Source: Heptranchias perlo
Taxonomy: Eukaryota
DNA: 64,000 nucleotides
NCBI RefSeq assembly: GCF_035084215.1
Contig: NC_090363.1
Coordinates: forward strand, 3,224,001-3,288,000
Direction: 5' to 3'
Positions within the stretch are counted from its first letter, which is position 1, and every line of letters starts with the position of its first letter. Shown one piece after another: positions 51,101 to 63,714 of this stretch. Both the position numbers and the translations under genes were made by a program. The notes below the pieces were generated by a model. It did not search any database. It was given only the letters and a program-made list of their open reading frames with translations, and was not told where the DNA came from.

Positions 51101-52700
51101 GGAAGCCATGGAGGAAATAGCAGATGCTCTGAGGATCATTTTCCAATCCTCACTAGGTACAGAGGAGGTACCGGAGGACTGGAAGACTGCAAACGTAGTA
51201 CCATTGTTTAAAAAGGGTACGAGGGAAAGGCCGAACAATTATAGGCCAGTCAGTCTTACCTCAGTGGTGGGCAAACTATTAGAATCAATACTAAGAGATA
51301 GGATAAACTGTCACTTGGAAAGGCATGGTTTAATCAGGGATAGTCAGCATGGATTTGTTCAGGGAAATGCCTTACAAATCTGATTGAATTCTTTGAGGAA
51401 GTGACAAGGAGGATTGATGAGGGTAGTGCAGTGGATGTTGTCTACATGGATTTTAGTAAGGCATTTGACAAGGTCCCACATGGCAGACTAGTCAGAAAGG
51501 TAAAAGCCCATGGGATACAGGGAAATGTGGCCAATTGGATCCAAAATTGGCTCAGTAACAGGAAACAAAGGGTAAAAGTCGATGGATGCCTTTGCGAATG
51601 GAAATCCGTTTTCAGTGGTGTGCCACAGGGCTTAGTGTTGGGTCCCTTGCTGTTTGTGGTATATATTAATGATTTGGACTTGAATGTAGGGGGTATGATT
51701 GGCAAATTTGCAGACGACACAAAAATTGGCCGTGTAGTTGATAGTGAAGAGGATAGCTGTAGACTCCAAGAAGATATCAATGGGTTGGTGGAGTGGGCGG
51801 AAAAGTGGCAAATGGCGTTCAACCCGGAGAAGTGTGAGGTAATGCAATTAGGGAGGGCAAACAGTAAAAGGGAATACTCAGTAAACGGGAATATATTGAG
51901 AGGGGTAGAGGAAGTGAGAGACCTTGGAGTGCATATGCACAGGTCCCTGAAGGTGGCAGTACGGGTAGATAAGGTTGTGAAGTAGGCATTCGGAATGCTC
52001 TCCGTTATTAGCCGAGGTATAGAATACAAAAGCAGGGATGTAATGATGGAACTGTGTAAAACGCTGGTAAGGCCACAGCTGGAGTATTGTGCGCAGTTCT
52101 GGTCACCACATTACAGGAAGGACGTAATTGCTCTGGAGAGAGTGCAGAGGAGATTTACAAGAATGTTGCCAGGGCTTGAAAATTGCAGCTACGAGGAGAG
52201 ATTGGATAGGCTGGTGTTGTTTTCCTTGGAGTAGAGGAGGCTGAGGGGAGACTTATTTGAAGTGTACAAAATTATGAGGGGCCTAGATAGAGTAGACAGG
52301 AAGTACCTGTTTCCCCTAGCGGAGAGTTCAAGAACTAGAGGACGTAGATTTAAGCTGATTGGCGGAAGGATTAGAGGAGACATGAGGAAAAACCTTTTTA
52401 CCCAGAGGGTGGTGGGTGTATGGAATTCGCTGCCCGAATTGGTGGTAGAGGCAGGGACCCTCAACTCTTTTTTAAAAAAGTACCTGGACTTGCACCTAAA
52501 GTGCTGTAAGCTGCAGGGCTACGGACTGGGTGCTGGAAGGTGGGATTAGAATGGGCACCTGGTTGTTCTTTGAGCCGGCGCAGACACGATGGGCCGAGTG
52601 GCCCCCTTCTGTGCTGTATCTTTTCAGTGGTTCTATCAGCCATAATCTTATTGAATGGCGGAGCAGGCTCGAGGGGCCATACGGCCTATTCCTGCTCCTA
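48130..52700 (+). mobile_element. Near full-length degenerate CR1 LINE (ORF1 + ORF2)
   Basis: CFSC..C.KC finger, GDSIVRG esterase block, FNARSI, ETWL, YRPP, GDFN, MDFSKAFDKVPH, FADD; many stops and frameshifts. 5' boundary approximate. Confidence 0.93.
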
Positions 52701-53841
52701 TGGTTACAGACATCTGGGGCATTGGAATGGTTCTGAACCTGGTGGAAGCTCTCCAGATGTTACGGGCTTCACCTAAACTGAACCAGGGTAAATTAAGCAG
52801 TGTGGGAAGGTTTAAATTGATATAACTGAGGGGAGAAGTAAACCTCGGAGCATATGGGGAAGGATTAAGAATAAATATTATGAAGGAACAAAGCACTTGA
52901 AAAGAGTAAGCTCAAAGGGAATATAGAGAGAAATGTTTCAGGGCATACAGGAGAGATGTTGATGAAAAGGAAAAGGTGAGAAAAAATCGAAAGGAAGAGG
53001 TACTGTGGAACATACAAACAGGGCAAGCAAAGACCATCAGGCCACTCCTGCTTGCCTCATTCAGTAGATGATATAAACCTTACACACTGACCACTCACAC
53101 CTTAGTAATTCTGCCTCCTGGGAGGGATAAAATAACCAAGAAAAAAACCTATACATAGCCAATTTACAAAAAAACGGAGAAATTCCTCTCATTCCCTAAG
53201 GAAATCAAGCAAGCTCCAGCAGAACGATGAATGGTTCAGGGTTCTGCTGCAGAAATCAGGCCCGGACTATTTTAACTCCCAGACCTCATTGATATGCCAC
53301 CAGTTCACCTCTTGCCTGGAAGTGGCTGCCGGCCTGTGAAAAACTGGGCAAACTATGGCTGTCCACCGGCATGCAGGTGGGGTGGGGAGTCTGGGGTAGG
53401 GGAGGCCTAAACTTTTCTTGCGGGGCCCAGAGGACCTCTTCACATCCCTGTCCTCTTCTGACTTGGTTCAGCCTGACGACAAAGCCGCAGCAACTTCCCC
53501 ACTCAGGCTGGAGTTAAGATTACATTCTGGGCCCAATGACGCTATCGGACCCTGATCCGCATTATTTCAAGAAGGACCCCGCCAGCTTTGGGCATTAGGA
53601 TTAGCTGCCCATTGAGAAGTCTGCGCAAAAATCGCGGTTGGTGGGATCCGAGCAGCTCGCGGACAGGTAAGTAACCTGGGCGATTTTAACTGCCTACTCG
53701 CCCGCGCAAACGCTCGTCTTTAACTCGGAGCTATAAATGTTTAACTTTGTTTTGCTAATATTGTGTATTCTAAAAGAATGATTTCCACGGGATATGTTAC
53801 AGGTAATATTATTATCTAATTTACTGGCATTTACTTTGCAG

Positions 53842-53961
53842 ATGATTTCTTCCCGACTGTCTCAGGCTGGCTCGTGTTTCTTTCTGTGATCATTTGTCTT
53901 CTAATCGTAGTTATTTCTACTGGGATCTGTTGGACTGTGAAACAATATAGATACGTTAAAG
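53842..53961 (+). CDS. Butyrophilin-like gene, transmembrane exon (DDFFPTVSGWLVFLSVIICLLIVVISTGICWTVKQYRYVK)
   Basis: ctttgcag| ... |gtacgg, phase 1-1; FFP..S.W start typical of BTN TM exons followed by a ~22-aa hydrophobic helix. Confidence 0.9.
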
Positions 53962-54902
53962 GTACGGTCTCAGTCTAACAATGATAATGGAGAATGGACT
54001 CAGGATTTAACAGAGAAATGTGCAAACAGGACCGGGTTTATTTTTCATGTTAAATTTGGAAGAAAAAAAATAACAGAAGTGAAATATAAGCAAATACTTA
54101 CATTTCCACTTGTCTGCTGACTGGAAGACTCTTCAATATTTACTTTTTTTTACAGTTAGGTTTGTACAGTTAAGCTGCCCATTGAATATTTGTGACTGTT
54201 ACTGTTACAGTAAATGTGCCTTTTAACATTTCTTTGAGCAAGTGTGAGAAAGGATAGTTCAGAATCAGACTTAAATGTAGAAATCAAAATCAGAAAAAAG
54301 CTGGAAAGACTAAGGTCAGGCAGCATCTGTGCAGAAAACAGAAGTCAGTCGACATTTCAGGTCTAGGACCCTTCCTCAGGACCCACGAAGGAAACTCTTT
54401 AGCTATCTACACTCTGCCTTTTTTTGCGTTGCTAACTTTGTTATCCCCATCTGACTTTTCTGTGATTCCTAGTCATCATTACTTTTTCAATCCTGCTAAC
54501 TTATTCTTTTTCCTTTCAGTATTATTACCCTCCAATGAAGGGCACTCACCTTCTGTTTTCTTTCTGATGTATGTTTACATCCCGCAGGGGTTCTGTGGCT
54601 GGCCTTTAGGCAACACTCATCAGCTACCTGGTGAGGACAACCCATCCAACTTTCCTGCCCAGGACAGTCCGTGTTTCCTTGTCTCTTTAATAATTCAGCC
54701 ACTATAGTTTTGGTCTCGATCGTGCTATTTTAATTCTTTCCCTCATGGAGACATCTTTGTTTTTAATTTTTCTTCAATATCTTCAAAAATACTTTGTTTA
54801 ATTTGTACTTCCATCTCCCACTTAATCCTCCCTAGGAATAAACCAATTACACAGTATAGCACCACATGAACTGTGGCATAGTCCATCACTTAAATACCTA
54901 AA

Positions 54903-55725
54903 TGTGGAGATGCCGGTGATGGACTGGGGTTGACAATTGTAAACAATTTTACAACACCAAGTTATAGTCCAGCAATTTTATTTTAAATTCACAAGCTTTC
55001 GGAGGCTACCTCCTTCCTCAGGTGAACGATGTGGAAATGAAATCCTCTAAATGAAATCGCATTTATAATTCACAGAACAATGCTTGGTGATTACAGACAG
55101 TTTTTTCAACTGCCCGTTGCCAAGGCAATCAGTGTGCAGACAGACAGGTGTTACCTGCCAGGTCTCAGAATATACAAATCACCAAAAAAAACAACAAACA
55201 AAAAAAAACAGAGATAGACATTCAGCCACCGACCTTCGGGTAAGCGTACTCCAAGGCGGCCTTCGAGACACACGACAACGCAAAATCGTCGAGCAGAAAT
55301 TGATAGCCAAGTTCCGCACCCATGAGGACGGCCTCAACCGGGATCTTGGGTTCATGTCACGCTACACGTTACCCCACCAGCGAACAAATGTTATCTGTTT
55401 TTAATATAACGGGTCAGTTGCTGTCTTTTCTATGTTTCTACCTCTCTATCTCTTTTTTTTGTTTGTTGTTTTTTTTGGTGATTTGTATATTCTGAGACCT
55501 GGCAGGTAACACCTGTCTGTCTGCACACTGATTGCCTTGGCAACGGGCAGTTGAAAAAACTGTCTGTAATCACCAAGCATTGTTCTGTGAATTATAAATG
55601 TGATTTCATTTCGAGGATTTCATTTCCACATCGTTCACCTGAGGAAGGAGGTAGCCTCCGAAAGCTTGTGAATTTAAAATAAAATTGCTGGACTATAACT
55701 TGGTGTTGTAAAATTGTTTACAATT
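54903..55725 (+). mobile_element. 5'-truncated Penelope-like element: inverted ~285-bp pLTR arms around the GIY-YIG endonuclease C-terminus
   Basis: HSATDLRVSVLQGGLRDTRQRKIVEQKLIAKFRTHEDGLNRDLGFMSRY; arms 54935-55218 and 55443-55725; TSD ttaaatacctaaa at 54890-54902 and 55724-55736. Confidence 0.9.
55634..55672 (+). ncRNA. Minimal type I hammerhead ribozyme motif (mirror copy on - strand at 54988-55026)
   Basis: ttcac-CTGAGGA-a-ggagg(tag)cctcc-GAAA-gc-TT-gtgaa with perfect 5-bp stems I and II. Confidence 0.75.
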
Positions 55726-55900
55726 AAATACCTAAAGATGATAGAAGTGGATGTATGCTGTACTGGAGAAAATGCTGATCATGATTTTTTTAAAATGGAA
55801 ATGAATCGTATTTATTCCTGTTAGTAAGTGAATGCATATCTGATTAAATAAGCCATTGTTTCTGATATTAACTGAAATTTATATTTGTTGAATTTTCCAG

Positions 55901-55933
55901 AACTAAAACATGACAAGTCTATCAAACAATACG
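55901..55933 (+). CDS. Butyrophilin-like gene, 33-nt juxtamembrane mini-exon (ELKHDKSIKQY)
   Basis: attttccag| ... |gtaagg, phase 1-1, open frame. Confidence 0.75.
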
Positions 55934-56629
55934 GTAAGGGTTTAACATTGAAATATCCACAATACGGCAAAGAATGTTGGGCTTGGGTATTTAGATGTAT
56001 AGATGGAATAGCTATACTGCTAAACAATGGCTCTTAAACTAATTCTTTAAATATTATTTTGTGCATAATTCACCTTTTGCATTATCTTCCAACATTTGCA
56101 AATAAATTTAAAAATAGATGAATAACTGTTAGTTATCTAAAATATTTCAAGCTATACCCCTTACATATTTGAACATTAACACACACTGATACAATAATGC
56201 ACCTTATTTTCAAATTTAAAACAACACCCTGCTGTACCAGTGTCACAGTTCTATTTCCCACACCACTGATCGTTTTGACCATTCTGATTTACATTGGTAA
56301 TATAATTTGTCCAGAACCATGAGCACATACTACTGTACAATCACATCCACTAGAAATTAGATTGACTGGCACAAGCTCATTTCATGCAGAACCAAAATAG
56401 CCAGCAGGGAGAAGAGACTTTCATTACATCAAGCCTGGAACCATACCCACATCCCAAAGGTAGAAGGATAGGGATAGCCCACTGTGCTACCCAGTTACCT
56501 TTTGATGAGCCTTTTAGCCATTGTATGCCTTTTGATTACTCTTACCATAAGGGTAATCAGCTGTGAGCACTATTCACTAGTTGTGTCAAAATATTTTTTA
56601 ATGATTAGGTATAAGCTAAAGACGCCCAG

Positions 56630-57590
56630 TTGACCCGGCAAAGTCCTTCTTGCCAACATCAGGGGACTGGTGCCCAAGGTGGGAGACCTGTCCGATAGGC
56701 TAGTGAAGCAACAGTCTGACATAGTCGTACTCAAAGAATCATATCTGACAGCCAACATTCTAAACTCCTCCAACACCATATATGGGTAAGTCTTGTCCCA
56801 CTGGCAAGGTGGGACACAATTATATAAAGTCAGGGTGAGTCCCTGGGAGTTCTGAATATTGACCCTGGACCCCATGAAGTCTCATGACTTCAGGTCAATC
56901 AAGGACAAGTAAACTTCCTGCTGATCATTATTTACCACCCCCTTGGGCTTATGAATCATCACCCATCCATGTTGAACAGTACCCAGAGGAAGCACAGAGG
57001 GAAGCGTGGAGAGGGGCTGTAGTGTCCAGAACTAAGAGGGGCTTGGTGGTTCTAGCACTGACCAATCTGGATGAATCCTGAAGGGCACAGCTGCCAGATT
57101 GGGCCTGTGTCAGCTGGTGAGGGAACCAATACAAGGAAATAATCGACTTGACTTTGTCCTCACCAACCTACCTGTTGTGACACATCTGTTCATGATAGCA
57201 TTGGTAGGCATGACCACCTCACAGACCATATGAAGACAAAGTCTCATCGACACACCCTCCATCATGCAGTGTGGCACTACCGCCATGCCAAGTGGGACAG
57301 AATAAGGACAGATCTAGCAGCCCGAAACTGTGCATCCATGAAGTGCTGTGGGCCATCAGCAGCAGCATAGCTGTTGATCCACACCATCTGTCACCTTATG
57401 GCGTGGTGCACCCCTCACTCCTCCATCAGCATCAAGCCAGATGACAAACTCTAGTTCAATAGGGAGTGTAGAAAGACATACCAGGAGCAGCAGCAGGCAT
57501 ACCTTATAATGAGGCACCAACCTAGTGAAGCTACAACACAGGGCTACCTGCATACTAAACATCAAAAGCAGCAGGTTATAGACAGAACTA
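56630..57590 (+). mobile_element. Highly degenerate LINE endonuclease region
   Basis: Fragments read LANIRGL, LDFVLTN, WHYRHAKWDRIRTDLAA. Confidence 0.6.
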
Positions 57591-58429
57591 AACTTTCCCA
57601 TACATAAAGATTTGCATTTATATAGTGCCTTTCACGACTTCAGGAAGTCCCAAAGATAAACCGATTGAGGCATATTATTTACTCTCCTCACATTTTCATA
57701 AATATAAATACTTAAAGAAGTAAAATAGTAAATAAATAAAGTTTAATAAATTGTTTGGGGTGAATGATTGTAATTAAGATGAGCGATGCAAGGACTGGAG
57801 TAGGTTGACCCTACTTTGCATGAAGGACTCTAAGATCAGGTAGATTTGATTGTACAGATGAAAGCTCCTTCTACACTTTCCCAATAACATGCCATCACTG
57901 TCAACCTCAAAATATGATGCACTAGTGTGGAAATCCCATTTCTCACACCAGCCGTTCTTGTAAATTTCCAATGGGAATGTCAAATTAGTGACGATAAATT
58001 GCCCTCCATCGCTCAGTGTGTAAAAACATTGTCCAGTATGGTAGAGAGCCATTTAGAGCCTAAGGCCCTGGTTAGATCCCTAATCTGTGCTGGATCGGCT
58101 GAACCTGCCTCCACACCCTGCACTAGGGAAGGGAAAATATCAACCAGGGTTCCCACTTCTTATTGCTATCCAGTGAACCCTGATAGAAGTGTGTGTGATG
58201 CCTTCTGGGATTGAATAGCCAGCTCATGCTCATTGGCTAGGCTCATACATGAAGAATGATCACATGGCAAAACACAACAGGGCTACCCAGCAAAATCCAG
58301 CACCTTCAGGACAGGAGAAAAAAAGGGACAATATTGAAACAGAAAACCGTCTCGCTAATAGGTGTTATAATTGCTTGAAAATACTTCATAATGGTGATAT
58401 ATTTTCACTGTTATAAAAGAGGGTTTCAT

Positions 58430-58880
58430 AAAGAACGAACTTGCATTTATATAGCGCCTTTCATGACTTCAGGATGCCCCAAAGGGCTTTACAAACGATG
58501 AGATATTTCTGAAGTGCAGTCACTGTAGGAAACACGGCAGCCAATTTGCGCACAGCAAGGTCCCACAAACAGCAATGAGATAAATGAGCAATTAAATTGT
58601 CATAGTGATGTTGGTTGAGGGATAAATATTGACCAGGAAACTGGGAGGACTGCCCTGCTCTTCTTCGAAATAGTGCCATGGGATCTTTTACGTCCACCTG
58701 AGCAGGGCCTCGGTTTAACGTCTCATCCGAAAGAAGGCACTTCCGATAGTGCAGCACTCCCTCAGTACTGTATTGAAATGCAGCCTGGATTATGTGCTCA
58801 AGACTCTGGAGTGGGACTTGAATCCACCACCTTCTGACTCGGAGGTGAGAGTGCTACCACTGAGCCAAGGCTAACACCGA
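58430..58880 (-). mobile_element. tRNA-headed DeuSINE-like SINE
   Basis: Colinear with 6355-6858; a + strand relative lies at about 37740-38065. Confidence 0.7.
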
Positions 58881-59010
58881 GCCCAGGCTAACACCCACAT
58901 ACTGAAATTTCAATATTCAAACCATTTCAAATGTGGGGAATGTGTCAATATTTGAATGTTTGTGACAATCAGATTAATAAAGTGTATTTACAGTACTTTT
59001 TAATTTTTAG

Positions 59011-59037
59011 AGCAGTGGAAACCTCTTGTTGAATCAG
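59011..59037 (+). CDS. Butyrophilin-like gene, 27-nt mini-exon (EQWKPLVES)
   Basis: taatttttag| ... |gtatga, phase 1-1. Confidence 0.75.
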
Positions 59038-59165
59038 GTATGACATTCTCTTTTACATAAACTGTTGTTGTATATTGATCCACCTAGTAAGTTACAGCAT
59101 CAGTTGCAGCCACTAATGCATCTGTTGCAATAACAACTCATATTTAATCTGATGAGAAATATACA

Positions 59166-59894
59166 GGCCAGAATTTGCTGTGGCAGAGCACCTAACGGCT
59201 TTTGCCGTTAGACTTGCCTCTGCACCCTTCAACTCAAAAGATTTTTGTACACAAAGCTGCTGAAAGCGCGAGCTGATAATGAGTGAAAAACAGGACATCC
59301 AGTCTATCTCCTTCAACAATGAGATTTAAGGATTGGGAAATAAACACGGGAAAGACTGAGAAGGAGGGTAAATTAAAGTGGGTGAATTCAATGTCAAATC
59401 AGGTACTGAAAGAGAATAAAGAGAAGGAAAGAAAGATTGGATTAAGAGAGAGAGAGAGAGAAAAAAAAAGAGACAGAAAGGAAAAGAAAAAAAAATTAAA
59501 TTTTAAATTTGACATTTTTAAAATCTCCCTGAAAAATTCAAAACCTGAAGGAATGAGATGCAACACTTGTAATAGCTAATTTTTGGTGACAGAAAGGTTG
59601 ATTGGTGGTGATTAACAATTATCACATTGTTAAAAGGGTACTTACGCTGATAATGACCAGACCTAACTTTCTGTGGCAAGTTTAATGGGAAAATACAGCA
59701 AATTCCTAAAAAAAAACAGGGAGACTAAGGCGAGATGCGTTTTCGCAAAGCTGACGGTGGAACGGCGCCACTCAGGCAGCAACTTTTGGATTTAATCGCA
59801 CATCTGCTCCTCGCCTGACGTTGCTCTACCATTTACCCATAAATAACGGCAAGTGCCGTTAGCCTTGCTGTTATTTTGGCAGCAAATTCTGGCC
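59166..59894. mobile_element. MITE-like element with 15-bp TIR
   Basis: GGCCAGAATTTGCTG and CAGCAAATTCTGGCC; subterminal taacggc...gccgtta hairpins at both ends. Confidence 0.7.
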
Positions 59895-60459
59895 CATTGC
59901 TACTGTGCTTTGTATCACCTGATTGCAATGTATTCTCACATAGCCGTCCAGGTTGTATAACTGATTTTATTTAAACAAACATTTCACCCCATGTTTGGTC
60001 TATTTTCATTGGTCCTTCCTGAAGTCTGGGAAATCGGCTGCATTTCTTCAGTGCCTGTTCCCAGTGACAGGATTGAGATTAGAATTCACCTTTTGGGAAA
60101 CTGTGACATGGAGCCTATCTATTATATAATAAAATCACTGAGTGGGTTGCAATATTCCATTTCAAATGCATTAAAAAGTCCCATGTCATACTACCTCAAT
60201 GGCAAAATGCATTATAAAGGTGTCAATATTTACCTGCAATACCAATTACGCCTGTAGAGGAAAAGTCTACTTCAGTCTTGCTCCCCTTCCCCCTGAACCG
60301 AGAAGGGGGTAAGTGAAACTCACCACATTGCACCCCCCTCACTGCTGCCGGGTCAATTATCCCCCACCCTCCTTGACCCGAATGCTACACTTGGTCTTGA
60401 CTGTCCATGTGCAACGCCACAGGAGATTGACTAGTATTAGATAATAAATGTACAGGATT

Positions 60460-61122
60460 ACCTGTTCAAATCTTTGAAGTTGGCAGGACAAGTAGTTGAT
60501 GCTGTTAAAAAAGCAAATGGGACCCTTGGCTTTATAAATAGAGGCATAGAGTACAAAAGCAAGGAAGTTATGCTAAACCTTCACTGGTTAGGCCTCAGCT
60601 GGAGTATTGTGTCCATTTCTGGCCATTGCACTTTAGGAAGGATGTCAAAGCCTTGGAGAGGGTGCAGAGGAGATTTACCAGAATGATACCAGGGATGAGG
60701 GACTTCAGTTATGTGGAGAGGCTAGGATTGTTATCCTTAGAGCAGAGAAAGTTAAGGGGAGATTTAATAGAGATCTTCAAAATTATGAGGGGTTTTGATA
60801 GAGTAAGTAAGGAGAAACTGTTTCCACGGACAGGAAGGTCGGGAACCAGAGGACACAGATTTGAGATCATTGGCAAAAGAACCAGAGGGGAGATGAGACT
60901 TTTTTTTTTAATGCAGTGAGTTATTATGATCTGGAATGCACTGCTGAAAGGGGGTGGAAGCAGGTTCAAGAGTAACTTTCAAAAGGGAATTTGATAAATA
61001 CTTGAAGAGGAAAAATTTGTAAGGCTTTGGGCAAAGGGCAGGGGAGTTGGACATTGGATAGCTCTTTCGAAGAGCTGGCACAGGCATGATAGGCTGAATG
61101 GCCTCCTTCTGTAATGTTCTAT
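60460..61122 (+). mobile_element. CR1 LINE 3' end (shorter CR1 tails also at about 22412-22625, 27340-27470, 37345-37725)
   Basis: KKANGTLGFINRGIEYKSKEV, LERVQRRFTRMIPG, LRGDLIEIFKI. Confidence 0.88.
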
Positions 61123-61889
61123 GAAATGTTTCCTTCTCACAGTCTATATTCTGAAGGCATTGAAGATTTTGCAGGGAGGGCAATTTTACATACTCATAAT
61201 TGGTGTAATTATTCAGCCCTGTTCTACAACCTGTATTTGTGTGTTCACTCATGCATATATAATGTCAGTATTTGTGGAATCGTTATGTGAAGACATGTTA
61301 AACTTCTTCCAGTTCTGCTGAGGCTGCGCAAAATCAATTCTCACCAGCAAGAAATTGTCAGCACAGGCATTGAAATTCATGCTATATTGTTCAGTCCCAG
61401 AAATTTAAAACCGTGCTGACTTTTAAATTTGCATTTCCCAGACAAACAGACCCACTTCCCTTGGGACCTAGTCCTGGCAGGCTAGTATGCAGTGGTAAAT
61501 AGTGTTAGGGGCAACTGTCAGGACCTCTGGCTGATGACGTCAGCCCACCAGTACCATCTCTTTTTTTTGTCCCCGCACAGAAGGTGTAGGACGCAAAAAG
61601 CGCCTGCCCCAATTGCCATGATATTTTGAAAGGGCCATGAAAAGAGGTGAAGACCCGTTGTAACCAGATTATGCTCCAAATTCCTCCCTTGTTCCCCCCC
61701 CCCCACCCCCCAACCACCACCCCCCCCCACCTGACAACCAGGGTCCTGGTAATTTCAGGGCTTATGTCTTCCAATTTACAGTCAGCAGTTAAAATTGTAC
61801 CTGAAGTTTTTTTCCATGGAATTATTTGCATGCTGATACCCTGTGAAAACTTCTCCAGTCTTTTACTGGTTTATTATTTCTGTTTTCAG

Positions 61890-61916
61890 ATTGGAAGAAG
61901 ATTTGTGAGTGTAAAG
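61890..61916 (+). CDS. Butyrophilin-like gene, 27-nt mini-exon (DWKKICECK), expected to precede a B30.2 exon outside the window
   Basis: tgttttcag| ... |gtaaga, phase 1-1; the W-K/R-K mini-exon normally precedes PRY/SPRY in BTN genes. Confidence 0.78.
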
Positions 61917-62937
61917 GTAAGATCCTCAAGTTATTGTAATGCACATTTACATCAATGTAATTGCAACTGATCTACTTCCTTGATCATAATCATTATAGCA
62001 CATGAAAATGTATTTGAAGAGATCCCCTCTCTTCACTCTCCATCTTCACTCTGGATATGTCAGGGTAATTTTGAGAGTTCATGCTGCTGGCTGAGAGCCT
62101 CAAACATCAGCAGCACATATTAGGAAATAACAGGTGCACTGCCCACAATTTTCTATCCATTAATTGGAATGGTTGGCAAATCTAGGGATGCGTACATGCA
62201 ATTTTCCAATGTGCATGGCTGCTGGGTGACCCTCCCAGCCAGCAGTGTAAACTCAGAAAACCAGCTCTTAAATGTGCAGAATTCATGGATTTCTTTGGGT
62301 AAAAAGCAAGGCCATCCACACATCAGCCTCTGCCACTTCCGTCCTCTTTGCTCTCCTGATTCCTGCCCTCTTCCTGATTAAGTTCCCATCCACACTGCAT
62401 TCGGCAATCTCTCCCACTCCACCCAACCCTCGTTACACTCAATTCATCTATCAGCTTCCTCAATCCCCTATGTTCCAGCTCTGAGCAGCCGAATTCCTCT
62501 CCTCAGCCCCAACCTCACTGACAACCTATCTGTCTTCTCCAGTATTGTCCTTATCTCCTTCCAAATTACCATAATCATCCCTTCACAAAACATCCATCTT
62601 CAACTCCTCCGTTTTCTTCAACTACCAACCTGTCTCCAAACTTTCCTTCCTTCCAAAGACCTGGATTGCATTATGCCTCGCAAATATGATCCCTTCTATC
62701 CTATTACTCCCTGTTTGAGCCCCTCCAATCCAACTTCACCCACCCACAGCATTGAGACTCCACAAACCAAAGTCATAAACAACATCATGTGCAATTGTGA
62801 CTATGGCTCACTTCTGCTCATCCTCCATGACCTGCTCTTAAGCTGCCTTTGACAGAATATCCTCTCCATCCTCCACCAACATCTGTCCACTGCAGTCCAT
62901 CTCCATGGCACTGCTCTCTCCTGGTCCCACTCATACA

Positions 62938-63142
62938 TGTTATAAAATTGGATAGCCCGGTGGTGAAGGATAGAATACTCGAGCCTGGTCTTCAGTTGCT
63001 TCCAAGCCTTTATTCACAGAGATCAATATTACCCACACCACACCCTGGATCAGCTCTCTTATAAAATGGATACAAGAGAGTCCCCAATTGATACTCACCA
63101 CCTAGATCCAATTAATTGATAATCACATAGATACAATTAACA
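62938..63142 (-). mobile_element. Probable solo LTR (205 bp) inserted in an old L2-like relic (about 62300-63700)
   Basis: TGTTA...TAACA termini, flanks ATACA/ATACG (5-bp TSD with one change), TATA-like then AATAAA on the minus strand. Confidence 0.6.
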
Positions 63143-63714
63143 ATACGTTTGCAACGTAGGCATCTTGAGATAAATTTTCCACTTCTGTGGAAATTAAGAT
63201 TAATGGACAGAATATCCTGGGCTTTCAGTGCACAATTTGATAATATACGCTCCTGGCATGCACTGGGAGTACGCAAGCAGAAAATATATTCTTGCATCTT
63301 CTCCAAAGATTTTTTCTTCTATATCTACATGGTCACATCTGGTATATGCAGAGCTCCAACTTTGGTCCCTTCCTCTTCATTATTTATATGTTATTCATCA
63401 GTGACATCATCTGGAAGTATAAGGTTGGCTTCTACATGGACGCCAATGACATCCAGCCTTCCTTTCTTCACCTCTTCCATCAATCCCAGACGGTTGTTAT
63501 ATTATACAATTGTCCATCTAACAGTAAGATGTGGATGAGCTAAAATTTCCTCCAAAATTATGCCACCAAATCTGAAGCCATCATCTACGTACCTCTATCC
63601 TTGACTCCATCAACCTCCCCAGCTACCCCCTCAGGCTCAGGTTAGAGGTGCATAATCTTTGCATACAGCTTGAACTCAAGTTGAATTTCCGTCCCAACAT
63701 TCATTCTGTTTTCT

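Noticed and set aside
35313-61916. Assigning a specific mammalian symbol (BTN1A1, BTN2A1, BTN3A, BTNL2)
   Set aside because: Family membership is clear, but orthology cannot be determined without phylogeny.
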